A stretch of DNA of 64,000 nucleotides from Candidatus Eiseniibacteriota bacterium (GCA_963725865.1 CAVSAC010000014.1:768001-832000); one strand, 5' to 3'. Shown: positions 33,245-43,635, counted from the first letter of the stretch. The notes: a model not told the origin generated them from the letters alone. Made by a program: numbers and translations.

Positions 33245-35422
33245 ATGCCGCCCCCGCCCGCTCGTCGTGCCACCCGAACCCAACGCACGCCGCGCGCGAC
33301 GCCGTCCGCGGGCACCGCGGGCCGCGCGCGCTGGGTGGCGCTCGCGCTGCCGCTGGCGGTGTTCGTGGTGGCGTGGCTGTGGCGCGTGCTGTACCTCGCG
33401 CGCCTCGCGCGCACACCGCTCGCCGGCAGCCTCGTGATGGACGCGCGCAGCTACTGGGACTGGTCCGAGGTGCTGCTGCGCGACGGGCCGCTCGGCCACC
33501 ACGCGTTCTTCCTGGGGCCGCTCTATCCCTACGTGCTCGCGGCGCTGCGCGGGGTGCTGGGCGACTCGATCCCGGCGGTGCTCCAGGTGCAGGCGCTGTG
33601 GGGTGCCGTCGCGGTCGCACTGCTGACCGACGCCGCGCGGCGGCTGACGCGGCCGGGCGTGGCGCTGGTGCTCGGGCTGCTGCTGGCGTTCTACCAGGCC
33701 GCGGTGTTCTTCGACGGCCTGGTGCTCATGGAGTCGCTGGTGTTCGCGCTCGAGGCGCTGCTGGTGTGGCTGGTGGCGCGCGGCGACTGGGAGCGCGCCG
33801 GTCCACGGGAGTTCGCGCTGCTGGGGGCGCTGCTGGCGCTGCTCGCGCAGGGGCGCGCGACCGCCGCGCTGCTGGTGCCGGTGGCGCTGCTCACGCTGCT
33901 GCGCTGGCGCGGCGGCGCGGCGCGGGCGAGCGGTGTCCGCGCGGCGGCGCTGCTGGCGACCTTCGCGCTCCTGTGCGCGCCCACCGCGCTGCGCAACCGC
34001 GCGGTCTCGGGCGAGTGGATCCCGTTCACCTACAACCTCGGCTACAACCTCTACGTGGGCGCGAATCCCGACGCGAACGGCTCGTGGGGCTCGATCACCG
34101 GCACCCAGCAGTTCGGACCGGTGGTGAAGGAGCTGCAGGACGGCGGCGCCGAGGTGGACGGCCGCGCCTACCTGCGCGCGACCGAGGGCGTGGACCTCGG
34201 CCCCACCGCGAGCTCGCGCCGCTGGGCGGCCAAGGCCGCGGCCTACGCCCGCGCGCACCCGGCCCGCGTCGCGACGCTGATGCTGCGGCGCGTCGCGATG
34301 ATGTGGAACGTCGCCGAGTACCCGCAGATCGAGAACCTCGACGAGTTCGCGGCCCTCGCCGGTCCGCTCGGCCTGCCGTGGCTCGGCACCTTCGCGGTGC
34401 TGGGCCCGCTGGCGTTCGCGGGGCTGTGGCCCGCGTGGCGCGCCGGTGCGCGCGGGCGCTTCCTGGTGGCGGCGGCCATCGCGGTCACGCTGTCGGTGGT
34501 GCCGTTCTTCGTGACCGATCGCTATCGCCACCACCTGGTGCCGGTCGCGGCGGCGCTGGCGGCACTCGCGCTGGACGCCGCGTGGCGCGCGTGGCGCGCG
34601 CGCGACCGGGCCGCGCGCCTGCGGATGGCGGCGCTGCTCGCCGTGGGCATCGTGTGGGTCGCGCTGCCGCTGCCGCGCCTGAGCGGCGCCGGCTACGCCT
34701 GGGGGCTGGCCGCCGACCTCGGCGCGCGCTGGATGGAGCGCGGCGACCCCGACCGCGCCGCACGCGAGTTCGAGCGCGCGCTCGCGATGCCGTACACGCA
34801 ACCCGCGCCCGGGCGCGCGAGCGCCACGTTCCGGCTCCAGCGCTCGGCGCTCGATCACAACTACGCGCTCGCGCTGACCGCGCTCGGGCGCCGCGACGAG
34901 GCCCTGACGTGGTTCGAGCGCGCGGTGCAGGAGGCCCCCGACCACGCGGCCACCGTGCACTCGCTGGCGCAGGCGTACGCCGGCGCGGGCCGCGGGCGCG
35001 CGGCCGACTCGCTCGCCACCCGGCTGGAGACGCTGGCGAGCGGGCACGCGTTCGCCGAATCGGTGCGCGGATGGATCGCGGTGCGCGCCGGCGATCTCGC
35101 CGCGGCCGAGGCGCACTTCGCCGCCGCGGTGCGACTCGACGCCACGCTCTACGACGAGTGGGGCGCGCTGGTGCGCGTGCGCGTGCAGGGCGGTCGCGCC
35201 GACGCCGCGCGCGCGGCGCTCGCGGCCGGGCACGCCGCCGGCTGGAGCGGCCCGGGCTACGCGGTGCACCACGCGCTGATCGCCGCGCTCGCCGGCGACG
35301 CGGCGGGCGCCCGCGCCGCGCTCGACCAGGTGCCGGCGGCGGCACTCGCGGCCGACCCGGCGCTGGCGGATGTCGCGAAGGTCACGCGCGGGCTGCTGGC
35401 CCGCGCCGCGCCCTCGCGCTGA
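33245..35422 (+). CDS. GT-C (PMT/ArnT-like) membrane glycosyltransferase with C-terminal TPR repeats
   Basis: MDARSY.....PLYPY, multiple TMs, YNLYVGANP, DRYR, then TPR-like helices; start uncertain. Confidence 0.75.
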   Translation: MPPPPARRATRTQRTPRATPSAGTAGRARWVALALPLAVFVVAWLWRVLYLARLARTPLAGSLVMDARSYWDWSEVLLRDGPLGHHAFFLGPLYPYVLAALRGVLGDSIPAVLQVQALWGAVAVALLTDAARRLTRPGVALVLGLLLAFYQAAVFFDGLVLMESLVFALEALLVWLVARGDWERAGPREFALLGALLALLAQGRATAALLVPVALLTLLRWRGGAARASGVRAAALLATFALLCAPTALRNRAVSGEWIPFTYNLGYNLYVGANPDANGSWGSITGTQQFGPVVKELQDGGAEVDGRAYLRATEGVDLGPTASSRRWAAKAAAYARAHPARVATLMLRRVAMMWNVAEYPQIENLDEFAALAGPLGLPWLGTFAVLGPLAFAGLWPAWRAGARGRFLVAAAIAVTLSVVPFFVTDRYRHHLVPVAAALAALALDAAWRAWRARDRAARLRMAALLAVGIVWVALPLPRLSGAGYAWGLAADLGARWMERGDPDRAAREFERALAMPYTQPAPGRASATFRLQRSALDHNYALALTALGRRDEALTWFERAVQEAPDHAATVHSLAQAYAGAGRGRAADSLATRLETLASGHAFAESVRGWIAVRAGDLAAAEAHFAAAVRLDATLYDEWGALVRVRVQGGRADAARAALAAGHAAGWSGPGYAVHHALIAALAGDAAGARAALDQVPAAALAADPALADVAKVTRGLLARAAPSR

Positions 35423-35514
35423 GGACACGGACGCGCTTGCACGCCGCGCGCCCGCCTCGCTAGGTTGGTGCCGTACCCGCGCGGGGCGCGCGGGCGGTCG
35501 ACCCGGAGATCCGG

Positions 35515-36603
35515 ATGGACGAGACGACGCTGCGCGGATGGAGCCTCGCCGCCGCGATCACGGTGGGGGCATGGCTGGTGGGCTGGCTGGCGCGCGCCAC
35601 GGCGCTGCCGCTGCTGGTCCGGCTGGTCAGCCGCTCGCGCACCCAGGTCGACGACGTGCTGCTCACCGCGCTGCGCCCGCACGTGCCGCTGTGGTTCCTG
35701 CTGCTCGGCGTGGTGGTGGGCGCGCGCTACGCGCCGCTGTCGGAGGTGGTGCGCCACCGCTTCGACCTCGGAGCCGAGGCGGTGTTCATCCTCAGCACCT
35801 CGCTGGCGCTGGCGTCGTTCCTGGGCCGGCTGCTCGACCGCAGCGCCGCGCGCTGGGAGGGCACGCCGGGAGGCACCAGCCTGATCCAGAACGTGGTGCG
35901 GGTCGGCGTGCTGGGGCTCGGCGTGCTGGTCATCCTCGGCAATCTGGGCGTGTCGGTGACGCCGCTGCTCACCGCGCTCGGGCTCGGCTCGCTCGCGATC
36001 GCGCTCGGACTGCAGCCGACACTGACGAATCTGTTCGCGGGCTTTCACATCACGGTGGGCCGCCACGTGCGGATCGGCGATTTCGTCGAGCTCGAGAACG
36101 GCATGCAGGGATTCGTCGAGGACATCGGCTGGCGCTCGACGCAGCTGCGCGAGCTCGCCAACAACCTGGTCGTGGTGCCGAACGCGCGGCTGGCCGAGAT
36201 GATCGTGCGCAACCACTCGCTGCCCTCGCCCGACCTCGGCGTGGTGGTGCCGGTGGGGGTCGGCTACGGCAGCGACCTCGAACGGGTCGAACGCGTGACG
36301 CTCGAGGTCGCGCGGGCCGTGCAGCGCGAGGATGCGGCGGGCCTCGCGGATTTCGCGCCGCTGATGCGCATCGCCGCGTTCGGCGAATCGGCGGTGCAGC
36401 TGAACGTCATCCTGCGCGCCCGCACGTTCGGCGACCGCTTCGCCCTGCAGAGCGCCTTCCTCGGCCGCCTGCACGCGCGCTACCGCGCCGAGGGCATCGA
36501 GCTCCCCTACCCGCAGCGCGTCGTGCACCTCGGGCCGGAGGCTGATCCACTTCGAGGATCAGCGAGCGCTCGGGCGGGAAGGGATTCACCCTCCGGGGGC
36601 TAA
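35515..36603 (+). CDS. mscS: Small-conductance mechanosensitive channel family protein
   Basis: LAIALGLQPTLTNLFAG, IGDFV, IGWRST, VPNA and GIELPYPQR motifs. Confidence 0.9.
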   Translation: MDETTLRGWSLAAAITVGAWLVGWLARATALPLLVRLVSRSRTQVDDVLLTALRPHVPLWFLLLGVVVGARYAPLSEVVRHRFDLGAEAVFILSTSLALASFLGRLLDRSAARWEGTPGGTSLIQNVVRVGVLGLGVLVILGNLGVSVTPLLTALGLGSLAIALGLQPTLTNLFAGFHITVGRHVRIGDFVELENGMQGFVEDIGWRSTQLRELANNLVVVPNARLAEMIVRNHSLPSPDLGVVVPVGVGYGSDLERVERVTLEVARAVQREDAAGLADFAPLMRIAAFGESAVQLNVILRARTFGDRFALQSAFLGRLHARYRAEGIELPYPQRVVHLGPEADPLRGSASARAGRDSPSGG

Positions 36604-36650
36604 TCCACTTCGTCGGGCGCCCCCTGCGGGTGAATCCCTTCCCGTCCGAG
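36569..36650. repeat. 23-bp inverted repeat / long hairpin between convergent genes (possible bidirectional terminator)
   Basis: ctcgggcgggaagggattcaccc (36569-36591) pairs with gggtgaatcccttcccgtccgag (36628-36650), with one G-T position. Confidence 0.75.
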
Positions 36651-36695
36651 TTCCCGGGGATGTCCGACGAGATGCCCTCGTCAGCGGCGGTCGGA

Positions 36696-37043
36696 CTACT
36701 TCACGATCACCCGCCCCTTGACCATGTCCATCCCGCACGCGTACTCGAGCGTCTCCGCGTGCTCCGGCGTGAACTGCACCTCCACCGCCTCGCCGAGTGG
36801 CAGCGCGCGGTTGATGTGCATCGCCGGCATCACCATCTCGGTCGCGCAGGTCTTGTCCGTGGTGCGCGTGACCACCAGCGTCACCGGCCGGCCCGCCGCC
36901 ACCGTCACCTCGGCCGGCACGAATCCGTCCTCGGTCACCTGGATCGCCACCTTGCCGTCGCCCGCGGAGCCCTTCGCGCCGCAGCCCGCCGTCATCGCAA
37001 ACACGACCGCCACCATCGCCATCGGGATCACGAACCGTTTCAT
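36696..37043 (-). CDS. Cupredoxin-domain lipoprotein (CupA-like copper chaperone)
   Basis: Lipobox-like TAGC; GFVP, TCATE and YACGMDM motifs; last gene of the cus operon. Confidence 0.8.
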   Translation of the reverse strand: MKRFVIPMAMVAVVFAMTAGCGAKGSAGDGKVAIQVTEDGFVPAEVTVAAGRPVTLVVTRTTDKTCATEMVMPAMHINRALPLGEAVEVQFTPEHAETLEYACGMDMVKGRVIVK

Positions 37044-37172
37044 CCTCGTGGACTCCTTCCTCGAATACGCGTCGCCCCTGCGCACTTCATCGAACCACGA
37101 CGAGCGTGCCGGGAACCTCTTCCTCGTTGCACTCGGCGTGCGCCCGGATGCGCCGCCGCGTCCGCGTGACCT

Positions 37173-40100
37173 TCATGCCACCTCTCGCAACTGGCGTTGC
37201 TCCCTGCGCAGCTGCGCATAGCGCCAGTAGGTGTAGACGACCGGAATGATCTCGAGCGTCAGGAACGCCGAGCTGAACAGGCCGCCCACCATGGGCGCGG
37301 CGACGCGCTTCATGACGTCGGCGCCGGCGCCCTGCGACCACAGCAGCGGCACCAGGCCGATCATCATGGTCGCCACGGTCATCAGCTTGGGACGCACGCG
37401 CTGCACCGAGCCCTCCAGCGTGGCCTCGACGATGTCGTCGAGGCTGCGGATGCGGCCTTCGGCCTTGTGCCTGTGATACGCGCTGTCGCAGTACACGACC
37501 ATCACGACGCCGGTCTGTGCGGCGAGCCCGACCAGCGCGATGATCCCCACCCAGACGGCGGTCGACAGGTTGTAGTGCAGGATGGCCAGGAGCCAGATGC
37601 TGCCCACGAGCGCGAACGGCACCGAAGCGAGGACGATGAGCGCTTCCGTCAGGTTGCCGAAGTTCATGTAGAGGAGCAGCAGCACGATGACGAGCGTCAG
37701 CGGCACCAGGAAGCGCATCCGCGCCTGCATCTGCTCCAGCAGCTCGTACTGCCCGGTCCACTTGAGGAAGTAGCCGGGCGGGAGCCTGACTTCCCGCTCC
37801 ACGATCTGCTTCGCCTCGTCCACGTACGAACCGATGTCCTTCTTCGCCGCGTCCATGTCCACGTAGACGTAGCCCGTGAGCATGCCGGCCTCGTCGCGGA
37901 TCATCGGCGGCCCGGTGACGACGCGGATCTCGGCGACCTGCCCGAGCGGCACGTGGGGCCCGCTCGGCTCCGGCCACAGGCCGACTCCCGAGGAGCCCGA
38001 CGGCCCGGGCGGCAGCACGTTCCCCTGCGCACTGCCGCTCATCCCCGCGGGGGCACCCATCGCGCCGCCGGGGCTCGGGCCGCCCATGCCCGCGCCGGGG
38101 CTGCGCTCGCTTCCCGAACCACCCATCGCCTCGGCGAGGTACGCCTCGCCGGCGTCGGAGATGCCCGCGGACGCCAGCAGCACGGGCGCGGCCTGCGGAA
38201 CCGGACTCAGCTCGATGCCCATGCCCGGGGCCTGCGACGCCCCGCTCGCGCCGTGCAGCGGCACCAGCACGTGCTTCAGGTGCTCGATGTCCTGTCGCAG
38301 GTCGCGGGGATAGCGGACATTGATGCTGAAGCGGTTCCGCCCCTCGACCGTCACCTCGATGGGCTGCCCGCCGACCGCGGCTTCGATGACGTCCTGCACC
38401 TCGCCCAGCGTGAGGCCGTACCGTGCGAGCGCCGCGCGGTTCGGGACGATGTCGATGTAGAACCCGCCGGTGCTGCGGTCGGAGTAAACGCTGCGCGTGT
38501 TGGGAACCAGCGAGATCGTGCGCTCGAGGTCCATGCCGACGCGCTCGATGGTGTCGAGGCTGGCGCCGAAGATCTTGACGCCGATCGGCGTGCGGATGCC
38601 GGTCGAGAGCATGTCGATGCGCGTCTTGATCGGCATGGTCCACGCGTTCGTCCAGCCCGGCATCTGCACCGTGCGGTTGAGCTCGTCGGTGAGCTCCTGC
38701 CACGTGATGCGATGGCGATCCGGCCAGAACGGCTGGAACACCGGCCGGAGCCAGCCGGCGGCCCAGCTCGAGTACCAGCGCTTCTGCTCGAGCATGCGCC
38801 ACTGCTCGCGCGGCCGCAGCTTCACGACGGTCTCGACCATGGACAGGGGCGCGGGATCGGTCGGGGTCTCGGAGCGCCCCGCCTTGCCGAACACCGTCTC
38901 CACCTCCGGGACGGTTCGGATCAGGCGGTCCTGGACCTGCACGTAGCGCTTGGCCTCCTCGATCGAGATGTTGGGGAACGTGGTCGGCATGTACAGCATG
39001 TCGCCCTCGTTCAAGGGCGGCATGAACTCGTTGCCCAGGCGCATCGCCATCGGAACGGTCGCGAGCACCGCCGCGAGCCCGATCGCGATCGTGGTCTTCG
39101 GATTCTTGAGTGCCACCCACGCGAACGGCCGGTACACCGAGATCATCAGCCGCGAGACGGGGTGGTCCTTCTCGTGCCTGATCTTGCCGCGGATGAGCAG
39201 CGCCATCAGCGCGGGCGCCACCGTGATCGAGACCAGCGCCGCGAATGCCATCGAAAACGTCTTGGTGAATGCGAGGGGCTTGAACAGGCGACCCGCCTGG
39301 CCGTTCAACGCGAAGATCGGCAGGAACGCCACGGTGATGATCAGCAGCGAGAAGAAGATGGGTGGCCCCACCTCCTTGGCGGCCGCGATCAGCACCCGCT
39401 GCCGGTCCGCGCGGGCACCCGGCTCAGCCGGGTCCGGCGCGGTCTCCAGGTGCTTGTGCGCGTTCTCCACCAGCACGATCGCGGCGTCCACCATGGCGCC
39501 GATCGCGATCGCGATGCCGCCCAGGCTCATGATGTTGGCGTTGATACGCAGGAAGTACATCGGCACGAACGCGAGCCCGACGGCCACCGGGAGCGAGAGC
39601 ACTGGGACGAGCGTGCTGCGGAAGTGCAACAGGAAGATGAAGATGATCAGCGCCACCACGATCCCTTCCTCGAACAGGGTGTGGCGGAGCGTGTCGATCG
39701 CGTGCTCGATGAGGCCCGAGCGGTCGTAGACCACCTGCACCGTGACGCCGGGCGGGAACGAGGGCTTCAGCTCCGCGAGCTTCTGTTTCACGCGCTCGAT
39801 CACGTGGAGCGCGTTCTCGCCGTAGCGCATCACGACCGTGCCGCCGACCGCCTCGCCCTGCCCGTCCAGCTCCGAGACGCCCCGGCGGATGTCGGGGCCG
39901 AACGTGACCGTCCCCACGTCCCCGACGCGGATCGGAGTGCCGGTCCGCTTGTCGGCGCCCAGCGCCACCAGCCGCAGGTCATCGAGGTCCTTCACGTAGC
40001 CGCGGCCGCGCACGAAGTACTCGCGGCCCGACATCTCGATCACGCGGCCACCCACGTCGGAATTGCTCCGCCGGATCGCGCCGGTGACATCCGAGAGCGA

Positions 40101-40703
40101 CAGCCCGTACGCGTGCAGCTTCTCGGGGTCGACCTCGACCTGGTACTGCTTCTGGTAGCCGCCCACCGAGGCCACCTCGGCCACCCCGGGCACGCTCGCC
40201 AGCGCGTAGCGCAGGTTGAAGTCCTGGAACGTGCGCAGCTCGGAGAGGTCGTGGCGGCCCGACTTGTCCACGAGCGCGTACTGGAACACCCAGCCCACCG
40301 ACGTCGCATCGGGCCCCAGGACCGGATTCACGCCCTGCGGCAGGCGCGAACGGATGCTGCTCATGTATTCGAGCACGCGGCTCCGCGCCCAGTAGAGATC
40401 CGTGCCCTCCTTGAAGATCACGTAGATGAAGCTCATCCCGAACATGGACTGCCCGCGGACCGCCTCGACCTGCGGCGCGCCCAGCAGGGACGACACGATC
40501 GGGTAGGTGACCTGGTCCTCGACCAGGTCCGGGCTGCGCCCCATCCACTCGGTGAACACGATCACCTGCGGATCGGAGAGGTCCGGGATCGCGTCCAGCG
40601 GGATGCTCTTGACCGCGATGAAGGAGCCGACCACGACGAAGAGCGTGAAGATGAACACCAGCGCCCGATGGGTCGCGCAGTACTCGATGACGCGCCCGAT
40701 CAC
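37173..40703 (-). CDS. cusA: Heavy-metal RND efflux pump, CusA/SilA type (Cu+/Ag+)
   Basis: DAIPDLSD, GPDAT, GAMVDAAIV, Met triad LYMPT / LSMVET / IDMLSTG and RVRPKLMT; GTG overlaps the cusB stop. Confidence 0.93.
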   Translation of the reverse strand: MIGRVIEYCATHRALVFIFTLFVVVGSFIAVKSIPLDAIPDLSDPQVIVFTEWMGRSPDLVEDQVTYPIVSSLLGAPQVEAVRGQSMFGMSFIYVIFKEGTDLYWARSRVLEYMSSIRSRLPQGVNPVLGPDATSVGWVFQYALVDKSGRHDLSELRTFQDFNLRYALASVPGVAEVASVGGYQKQYQVEVDPEKLHAYGLSLSDVTGAIRRSNSDVGGRVIEMSGREYFVRGRGYVKDLDDLRLVALGADKRTGTPIRVGDVGTVTFGPDIRRGVSELDGQGEAVGGTVVMRYGENALHVIERVKQKLAELKPSFPPGVTVQVVYDRSGLIEHAIDTLRHTLFEEGIVVALIIFIFLLHFRSTLVPVLSLPVAVGLAFVPMYFLRINANIMSLGGIAIAIGAMVDAAIVLVENAHKHLETAPDPAEPGARADRQRVLIAAAKEVGPPIFFSLLIITVAFLPIFALNGQAGRLFKPLAFTKTFSMAFAALVSITVAPALMALLIRGKIRHEKDHPVSRLMISVYRPFAWVALKNPKTTIAIGLAAVLATVPMAMRLGNEFMPPLNEGDMLYMPTTFPNISIEEAKRYVQVQDRLIRTVPEVETVFGKAGRSETPTDPAPLSMVETVVKLRPREQWRMLEQKRWYSSWAAGWLRPVFQPFWPDRHRITWQELTDELNRTVQMPGWTNAWTMPIKTRIDMLSTGIRTPIGVKIFGASLDTIERVGMDLERTISLVPNTRSVYSDRSTGGFYIDIVPNRAALARYGLTLGEVQDVIEAAVGGQPIEVTVEGRNRFSINVRYPRDLRQDIEHLKHVLVPLHGASGASQAPGMGIELSPVPQAAPVLLASAGISDAGEAYLAEAMGGSGSERSPGAGMGGPSPGGAMGAPAGMSGSAQGNVLPPGPSGSSGVGLWPEPSGPHVPLGQVAEIRVVTGPPMIRDEAGMLTGYVYVDMDAAKKDIGSYVDEAKQIVEREVRLPPGYFLKWTGQYELLEQMQARMRFLVPLTLVIVLLLLYMNFGNLTEALIVLASVPFALVGSIWLLAILHYNLSTAVWVGIIALVGLAAQTGVVMVVYCDSAYHRHKAEGRIRSLDDIVEATLEGSVQRVRPKLMTVATMMIGLVPLLWSQGAGADVMKRVAAPMVGGLFSSAFLTLEIIPVVYTYWRYAQLRREQRQLREVA

Positions 40704-42109
40704 TTCGCGCCTCCGGACGCGGGCTCCATGCCCGGCATGCCGGCCATCCCCGGCTGGGCGCCCATGCCGGAGATCGCCGCCTTGAGGCGGCTCTCGGAAT
40801 CGATCAGGAACGACGCGCTCGACACGACCGTGTCCCCCTCCGCCACGCCCTTGAGCACCTGGATGCGGTCCCCCTGCGGCATGCCGGTCCACACCATGCG
40901 TGGCTCGAAGCGCCCGCCCGCGTGGGCGAGGAACACGTAGGACTGCTGGCCGGCGTTGACCACCGCCTCCGCCGGCACCGAGAGCACGCGGGCGCCCCGC
41001 GCCGCCACGCTCACCCGCCCGTACATGCCCGGACGGAGCGCCCCCTCGCGGTTCGCGAGCGTCAGGCGGACCTTCAGCGTGCGCGTCTCGTTCGAGACCG
41101 TCGGGTACACGAAGTCGATGCGGCCATCGAACGCGCGGCCGGGCATCGCGTCGGTCGTGAAGCGCGCGACGTCACCGACGTGGACGCGCGTCATGTCCAT
41201 CTCGTACAGGTCCGCCATCACCCAGACGCGAGAGAGGTCCGCGACCGTGAGCAGGGGCGTGTCCGCGCCCACGTACTGGCCCTCGACGGCCCCGCGCTCG
41301 AGCACGGTTCCGCTCACCGGCGAGCGCAGCACCAGCTGGGTCGACGCATGCTGTTCCCGCACCAGGCGGCGGATCTCCTCGTCCGGGACACCGAGCAACC
41401 GGAGCCGTTCGCCGGCCGCCGGGTCCGCCCCGCCGTGCGACGAGTCCGCGCCGTGATCCATCCCGCCCCGGTTGATCAGGTACTCCTGCTCGCTCTGGAA
41501 CAGCTCCGGGCTGTAGATCGACATCAGGGGCTGGCCCTCGTTCACCCGCGCTCCGGTCTCGTTCACGTGGAGCTGGCGGATCCATCCCGAGACGCGGATC
41601 TGGACGCGCCGCAGCCGCGACTCGTCCGGGACGACGAAGCCGACCAGGTCGAGCTGACCGCTCGACGCCGAGCGCTCGACGCGCGCGGTGCGCACGCCGA
41701 TCAGTTGCACGCGCTCGGGCGTGATCTGCACCGAGGTCAGGCCGGCGACATCACCCGTCTGGCCCTGCGACGGCGGCCCGGCGTGCTCGTCGCCCAGCAC
41801 GACGCGCTCGAGCGTCATGCCGCAGATTGGGCACGAGCCGGGCTGGTTGGACGTGTAGCTGGGATGCATCGGGCAGCGCCAGATCACCTTGCCGGCCGTC
41901 TGCCGCGCGGCCGGTGCGGGCCGCTTGGACATCACGTAGCTGCCGATGCTGACGACCGCCAGCACGAGCAGGAAGGCGAACAGCGCCCAGCGCAGGATGT
42001 TCATGAAGTGCGCTCCGGGTGGCGGCTGACCCATGGGCGCGGGCGCGGCCGACGACGCCGGGCTCGGTGACTCACCGTCGCGCGGCGTGGTGGGGTCGTT
42101 CGGGTTCAT
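40700..42109 (-). CDS. cusB: RND periplasmic adaptor with heavy-metal-binding domain
   Basis: TM anchor, CPMHP....CPICGM, IYSPEL, DLSRVWV, LRPGMY and FLIDSES. Confidence 0.9.
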   Translation of the reverse strand: MNPNDPTTPRDGESPSPASSAAPAPMGQPPPGAHFMNILRWALFAFLLVLAVVSIGSYVMSKRPAPAARQTAGKVIWRCPMHPSYTSNQPGSCPICGMTLERVVLGDEHAGPPSQGQTGDVAGLTSVQITPERVQLIGVRTARVERSASSGQLDLVGFVVPDESRLRRVQIRVSGWIRQLHVNETGARVNEGQPLMSIYSPELFQSEQEYLINRGGMDHGADSSHGGADPAAGERLRLLGVPDEEIRRLVREQHASTQLVLRSPVSGTVLERGAVEGQYVGADTPLLTVADLSRVWVMADLYEMDMTRVHVGDVARFTTDAMPGRAFDGRIDFVYPTVSNETRTLKVRLTLANREGALRPGMYGRVSVAARGARVLSVPAEAVVNAGQQSYVFLAHAGGRFEPRMVWTGMPQGDRIQVLKGVAEGDTVVSSASFLIDSESRLKAAISGMGAQPGMAGMPGMEPASGGAK

Positions 42110-43404
42110 CGTTCGCTCCTCTGGAGCTCGGGCAGGGTCAGGCCGAACAGGTCACCGCGTGCCGTGATGGCGAGCAGTCTCGCCTCCGTGCGCGCGAGGT
42201 CCTGGCGGGCGCGCGTCAGCGCGACTTCCTCGGTGTAGAGCTCGTGCGTGGCCTCGAACACGCGCCACAGGTCGGTCGTGCCGGCGTCGTACGCGCTCCA
42301 CGAAGCCGCGACCGCGCGCCGCTGGGTGGTGACGACCGTGTCGGCCAGCAGCGAGACGGTGCGCGAATCCGCCCGCGCGCCGGCGTGCAGGCTGCGCGCC
42401 TGCTGGTCCAGCTCCAGCGTGGCGGCGCGCAGGTCCTGCTCGGACGCGCGGGCCATCGCGTCCATCTCGGCCCCCTCGGAGAGCTCGCGCTGTTGCGCGA
42501 ACACGGGCAGCATGAACCCGAGCGTGGCCGACCACATGTTGTCCTGGGCCACCCCCATGACGGGCTGGCGGATACCGTACGACAGACCGAGCTGCAGGTC
42601 CGGCCAGAGCATCCGACGCGCAGCGCGCGCGGCCAGTCGGTAGCGGTCCGCCTGCGCCCTCAGTTCGCGCAACCGCGGGTGGTTCTCGTTCGCCGCGGCG
42701 AGGATCGGGAGCGGATCCTCGGGCAAAGACGTCGCCGGCGGTGCCGCGAGCGAGTCGGTCAGCGCACCCGCACCCCGCCCCATCAACGCCGCCAGTCGGG
42801 CGCGCGCGCCCAGCGCCTCGGCCTCGAAGCCGGCGAGGTCGGAAAGCGAACGCGCCCGCTCGACCTCGGCCCGGAGCACGTCGTCCAGCCGCCCATTCCC
42901 CGCGTCGTAGCGGGCCCGGGCGGATCGCACCAGTTGGTCCATCTCGCCGCGGTGCGAGCGGCTGGACTCCGCCAGCCGGCCGGCGTAGTAGGCATCGGCG
43001 AAGGCCTCCCACGCCATCGCGAAGAGCTCGTACCTCGCCATCTCGAGCCCGGCGCCCTCGGCCTGGGTGGCGGCGCTCGCCGCGCGCCGGCTGAGCCGGT
43101 TGGCTCCGAAGACCGGCACGCGCTGCTCGATCCCGACCATCTTCATGGTCATGGGTTCCATGTCGAAGCGCCCGTTGGTCGGCACGTTGATCGCCCCGAT
43201 CTCGACCATCGGGGACTGCCAGGCCCCTGCGGGCGCGACCCGACGGCGAGCCGCCTCGACCATCTCGCGCCGACTCGCCAGCGTCGGGTTGGCCAGCGCC
43301 ACCTCACGCAGCGCGGCCGGCAGATCCAGCGCCTGCGCTTCGTGGGGCGCCCCGGCCAACAGCAGGGAGAGGGCGACGGCGCCACGTGATAGCACGGAAC
43401 TCAT
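42106..43404 (-). CDS. TolC-family outer-membrane efflux protein (CusC/CzcC-like)
   Basis: Signal peptide, ANPTL, two OEP-like helical repeats (ARYDAG / SAYDAG), Met-rich loop; ATGA-coupled to cusB. Confidence 0.85.
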   Translation of the reverse strand: MSSVLSRGAVALSLLLAGAPHEAQALDLPAALREVALANPTLASRREMVEAARRRVAPAGAWQSPMVEIGAINVPTNGRFDMEPMTMKMVGIEQRVPVFGANRLSRRAASAATQAEGAGLEMARYELFAMAWEAFADAYYAGRLAESSRSHRGEMDQLVRSARARYDAGNGRLDDVLRAEVERARSLSDLAGFEAEALGARARLAALMGRGAGALTDSLAAPPATSLPEDPLPILAAANENHPRLRELRAQADRYRLAARAARRMLWPDLQLGLSYGIRQPVMGVAQDNMWSATLGFMLPVFAQQRELSEGAEMDAMARASEQDLRAATLELDQQARSLHAGARADSRTVSLLADTVVTTQRRAVAASWSAYDAGTTDLWRVFEATHELYTEEVALTRARQDLARTEARLLAITARGDLFGLTLPELQRSER

Positions 43405-43635
43405 GGAACATCCCCCGTTTCCTCGCGCACCGGCGAGTCCTCAGTGCGTCCACCTGGAAGCGCGGCGGCGCGGTGCCGGCGGCTTCTTCGTCATCGGGGA
43501 GCGGGCCGGCTCGTCATCGCGCACGGACGGGCTCCGGGTCCCGGGGCAACGTGCGGATGCACGAGACCCCGCCACGGCACGGCCGTGGACGTGCGAGGAA
43601 GGCGTACAGCTTCCGTCGCGGCAGCTCCGACGAGA

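Noticed and set aside
43441..43494. 17-codon minus-strand ORF (MTKKPPAPRRRASRWTH) between the RAPP leader and the TolC gene
   Set aside because: Too short, with no convincing RBS and no other support
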